DNA of 61,138 nucleotides from an uncultured Verrucomicrobiales bacterium (lineage in GTDB: Bacteria > Verrucomicrobiota > Verrucomicrobiia > Verrucomicrobiales > DEV007), in the NCBI GenBank assembly GCA_938091905.1, contig CALKOM010000095.1, positions 1 to 61,138 on the forward strand. The letters run 5' to 3'. Under the pieces are notes generated by a model. That model was given only the letters and a program-made list of their open reading frames with translations, had not been told where the DNA came from and searched no databases. A program made the translations under genes and the position numbers. Positions 58,901 through 61,138 of this stretch are shown here, one piece after another; the first letter of the stretch is position 1, and every line of letters starts with the position of its first letter.

Positions 58901-60392
58901 TGATCACCACGTGATGAGATTCGCCGGTTGCTATGGTCGCTTCCGTAGGATCATTCTCAAGGCCTGCCGAGAAGAATTGCATGGGCCCATCCACATTGGT
59001 GATGAGTGAGAACGGATCCCCCAACTGGGCTCCTTTCGAGACGATGCTCGAAAAGTTCCCCGCTCCAGACGGATCAAAGTTGACCCAAGTGGATATCGAG
59101 AACGTTTCCAGGACTGGCAATCCAGCTTTCGCGGGCACCTCGGCATAGGCCAGATCACCACTAAAGCTAACCGCCGTCCCCGACGCCAAGGGATCAGCAC
59201 CGAACACCACTGCACCGCCGTTGCTAACAAAGGCGCCATGATGATTGTTCCCGGACGAATCAAGCAATTGATCTCCCTCCGTCTCATCCATCTTGTAGTG
59301 TGCGATCAAGCCATTGGCATGTTCCACTTGTATCCTGATCGGCACTGTGGTTTCCGGAAAGAACTCGTCATCGCTGACGATCGAGATTTCTGCCAGGTAG
59401 CGTCCGACTTGGCCTTGTGGGTCAAATTGCACGACGAGTGCCCCTTCTGCAAAGGGTCCCAGCATATCAGGGAAGGAGGTGAGTGTGAATGCAGGGTCTC
59501 CCGACAGGGTCGCAGAACTGATATTCAGTGCTTTGGTTTCGCCTCGGTTCTGCACGCTGATGTTCAGCATCTGCGCTGTCGGCCTATCACTGATCTGTTC
59601 AATAACCTCAGAAACGAACCTTGGATCACCTGCCGGCCCAAAGATTTCAATCTCATCGATCGCCGTGCCACCGCCTAGCCCTGACTGTGGCACAATGATG
59701 CGTATCCCAGTGGCTTCCGTTGGTTCGCCCGTGGTCCGCGCGATTTCATACTCGTGACGTAGCCATGGCGTGAACCCTTCGCCCGGCTCGATGTCCGCCG
59801 AGTCCAAGTAATCAAAAGTGCCGATCGTTTCCCATTCACTTTCCAAGGTTTCAGCGCTAGGATTTGGCGTGGTCGTAATTTGCAGAGTGTAAGGATCATC
59901 ACCCTGCCATCGATCATCACATTGTCCTCCACAAGCATCGCCTCCCAAGTTCTCACTGTCATCAAAGGCCCCATTGCCGTTGTCGCGCCCCCACGCGATC
60001 TTGCCAACGCGAAACTTGCCACCCAAATCAATGCCGACAAATTTGTCTTCGTCCGCACTGGCACCGATCCAACTGCTGAAGTTCCCGTACGTTCCGTTAT
60101 TCAAAGAAGCAACGACATGGAAATCCCACTGGTTTGGATCGAGTTCGCTTGATCCAAAGGGAATGGCGCCATTGGAGGCCAATGCTAGGTTGTCCGGCGC
60201 TTGAGCTCCACCATTGGCAGCAGGAGTCGGATCGAAGTGATCGCCATCATTGCCATCCCAGATGATCGACCATCCAGGCTCGGCCTCGATGACAAGGAAA
60301 TCGTCACTGTGTTGTGCGTGTGAGGATGTAAGTAGAACTAGCAGTCCCAAAGCGACTGTTAGTCTCCTCGCGAAGAAGGGTGAGGCTTTCAT
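55893..60392 (-). CDS. Large secreted protein with five discoidin/F5-8-like repeats (CGGQC), an Ig-like domain, LamG and a C-terminal YYR-type domain
   Basis: Signal peptide from ATG 60392. The repeat WDGNDG.HFD...NLALASNGA...NDG.YGN.NSWI...AWGRDNGNG...CGGQCDDR...LRHEY...AIDE.EV occurs five times. Confidence 0.85.
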   Translation of the reverse strand: MKASPFFARRLTVALGLLVLLTSSHAQHSDDFLVIEAEPGWSIIWDGNDGDHFDPTPAANGGAQAPDNLALASNGAIPFGSSELDPNQWDFHVVASLNNGTYGNFSSWIGASADEDKFVGIDLGGKFRVGKIAWGRDNGNGAFDDSENLGGDACGGQCDDRWQGDDPYTLQITTTPNPSAETLESEWETIGTFDYLDSADIEPGEGFTPWLRHEYEIARTTGEPTEATGIRIIVPQSGLGGGTAIDEIEIFGPAGDPRFVSEVIEQISDRPTAQMLNISVQNRGETKALNISSATLSGDPAFTLTSFPDMLGPFAEGALVVQFDPQGQVGRYLAEISIVSDDEFFPETTVPIRIQVEHANGLIAHYKMDETEGDQLLDSSGNNHHGAFVSNGGAVVFGADPLASGTAVSFSGDLAYAEVPAKAGLPVLETFSISTWVNFDPSGAGNFSSIVSKGAQLGDPFSLITNVDGPMQFFSAGLENDPTEATIATGESHHVVITHEDKNGPKVEGESEVRVYLNGELIFENLESGGFDDRNGSPLQIAATAGQFGMIGTVDDVQLYKVEIEPDDVTFLRDNPGDVLIPPGLGFRAEEGFVIEWDGNDGEHFDATAPPDGPLVPENLASLGKGALPFSSSDLGPELGVAFHVGANVNDGLYGNSNSWISASKDANPFIGVNFGKAIKVTSVAWGRDNGNGAVDDSAPGSDACGGQCDDRAAGLYTLQITTVPNPNADTADDDWTTLGTFDYRVNEDLVIGGAFTSFLRHEFQVSRESGSDLLATGLRLLVPTAGLAGGTAIDELEVYGEGPDDFIRPAAGFAATWDGNEGDFFDEGAPPDGALAPANDALAANGAVPFTSSDLGLELGVEFHVASNINDGFYGNANSWIHGSDDSTPFIGVSFGQMIDVASVAWGRDNGNNTNDCCGGQLRDRVVGLYTLQFTTVGDPDIDTSDDSWTTIAEFDYENVVGEFQNYLRHEYQVSSADGSAIQATGIRLVVPPNGTAVDELEVNPEAGPEPVISTSAGFTVGWGRNDGDHFDATPPPDGSLVPDNLALASNGATAFASGSLGTDRGLDFHIPENLNDGFFGNSNSWIGSPGDSIYAGVNLGGSFDIVSIAWGRDNGNGAFDDSNPGTDACGGQCDDRWAGTYELQVTTDANPDGASTWTTVATIDYPAASADAVPGQLFTGYLRHEYALGTADGDRVRATGVRLLVSDPGIAIDEIEVYGIADPDLVWDGTDGEFFDPMPPMDGSIVPDNLALASNGATAFASGSLGADRGLDFHIPENLNDGFFGNSNSWIGSPGDIIYAGIDLGGMRQINAIAWGRDNGNGAIDDSDPGTDACGGQCDDRWQGVYVVQVTTDTTISAESAWRTIGKVELSANDDTEIGGGLTGFLRHLYTFDEGTVNATGVRIVVSNPAIAIDEIEVYGAMPMEITPTIGLSSDGINLAWVGDVGAQYTVEFSKTMEPDSWQMLPGADAIEVAADGVASVIDSVADRQRYYRIWWR

Positions 60393-60423
60393 GAACTCGC
60401 TTGAAATGAGTGGGTGCACAGAT

Positions 60424-60438
60424 AGTATTATATACAAT
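60424..60438. promoter_or_regulatory. Candidate -10 box and GntR/FadR-like operator between the divergent genes
   Basis: Minus strand TTGTATATAATACT contains TATAAT (60427-60432) and a near-palindrome TTGTATATAA. No clear -35 element. Confidence 0.35.
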
Positions 60439-60510
60439 CCTTCACCGATGCTATGAAACCCTGCCTCATTGGGTCAAGCCATTGGTATCAGTTATTGCAA
60501 GAAATCCGGA

Positions 60511-60740
60511 ATGCTCACGAAACAACTTGGCGGTAAGAACCGCACCACCGCCGCGATTTCAGTGCTGCTGGAGTCTGTTCTTCGAGGCGAGTTTCAAATC
60601 GGCGATCATCTGACGGAAAGCTTTCTCTCCGAAAAGCTCGGAATCAACCGCACACCCGTTCGCGAGGTTCTTCCGAAACTCAAAGGGCTTGGACTCGTCT
60701 AGATGAGGCGCAGTCGCAGTGCTATATTCACCGGTTTCAG
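60511..60740 (+). pseudogene. GntR-family regulator remnant (wHTH interrupted by TAG, no effector domain)
   Basis: VLRGEFQIGDHLTESFLSEKLGINRTPVREVL..L...GLV*MRRSRSAIF. Confidence 0.75.
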
Positions 60741-60998
60741 CGTTGTTACTGGAGAGCGGGTAGTTCTGCCGTCGCAATTTATGCGGCGAAGCGCCTGCCA
60801 TCGGCCCGTGTGAAATCTATTCTGTCGAGAATGAATTTTCAGAATGGCTTAGTGATGACGCTATGATACAGAAATTCAGAAAGCGTATTTTTCAGTGCTT
60901 CCGACACCAACCTCTCTGAAAGCAAAACAGCAGGGCGAATCGTCCGTATCCACGTGCCAAATTGTTTCCATACAAAGTCGGCTCGCGTCATGGAGAGA

Positions 60999-61138
60999 TA
61001 TTAATAAGGCCAACAAATACATGAACTTTTATTGAACCCTAGGGTTCGAGATAATGTGAAAAGAGATGGTAGAAAGCTATCGAGTGCTGAGCAATTGTTG
61101 CAGCGTCAGAATGCGGTGAACATGTTCTTTGAGGAGGG
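60999..61138 (+). mobile_element. Probable left end and transposase N-terminus of an IS630-family element (truncated by the window)
   Basis: AT-rich segment starting TATTAATAAGGCC. GTG 61056 opens MKRDGRKLSSAEQLLQRQNAVNMFFEEG, which resembles IS630 HTH N-termini. Confidence 0.5.

Noticed and set aside
1..61138. rRNA, tRNA, riboswitch, prophage or anti-phage defence genes
   Set aside because: None were recognisable by eye. A covariance-model scan (Rfam, tRNAscan-SE) would be needed to exclude small RNAs.

Overview
A ~61 kb accessory region of moderate GC from a PVC-superphylum bacterium, most likely a Verrucomicrobiales member. That call is inferred from the gene families present: DUF1501, DUF1549/1553, DUF1592/DUF1552, a PVC-type CxxCH protein, an ECF sigma/FecR pair, sulfatases and large LamG/CotH surface proteins. 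The window also has two head-to-head RND efflux modules, a beta-propeller/di-heme cytochrome/ankyrin fusion, several decayed genes or deletion scars, and a probable IS630 start at the right edge. The most notable structure is the minus-strand operon at 60392-45954, where every gene junction carries a GT(A/G)G-type REP element and the cognate RAYT gene lies inside the operon. This RAYT has an intact ORF but has lost both its second HUH histidine and its catalytic tyrosine. The REPs are translated: they encode the same LLWRLKVTTT segment in the predicted signal peptides of two unrelated proteins, and they supply the last codons and stop of a third gene. No rRNA, tRNA or CRISPR array was seen. 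All family calls come from motif recognition by eye, not database searches.
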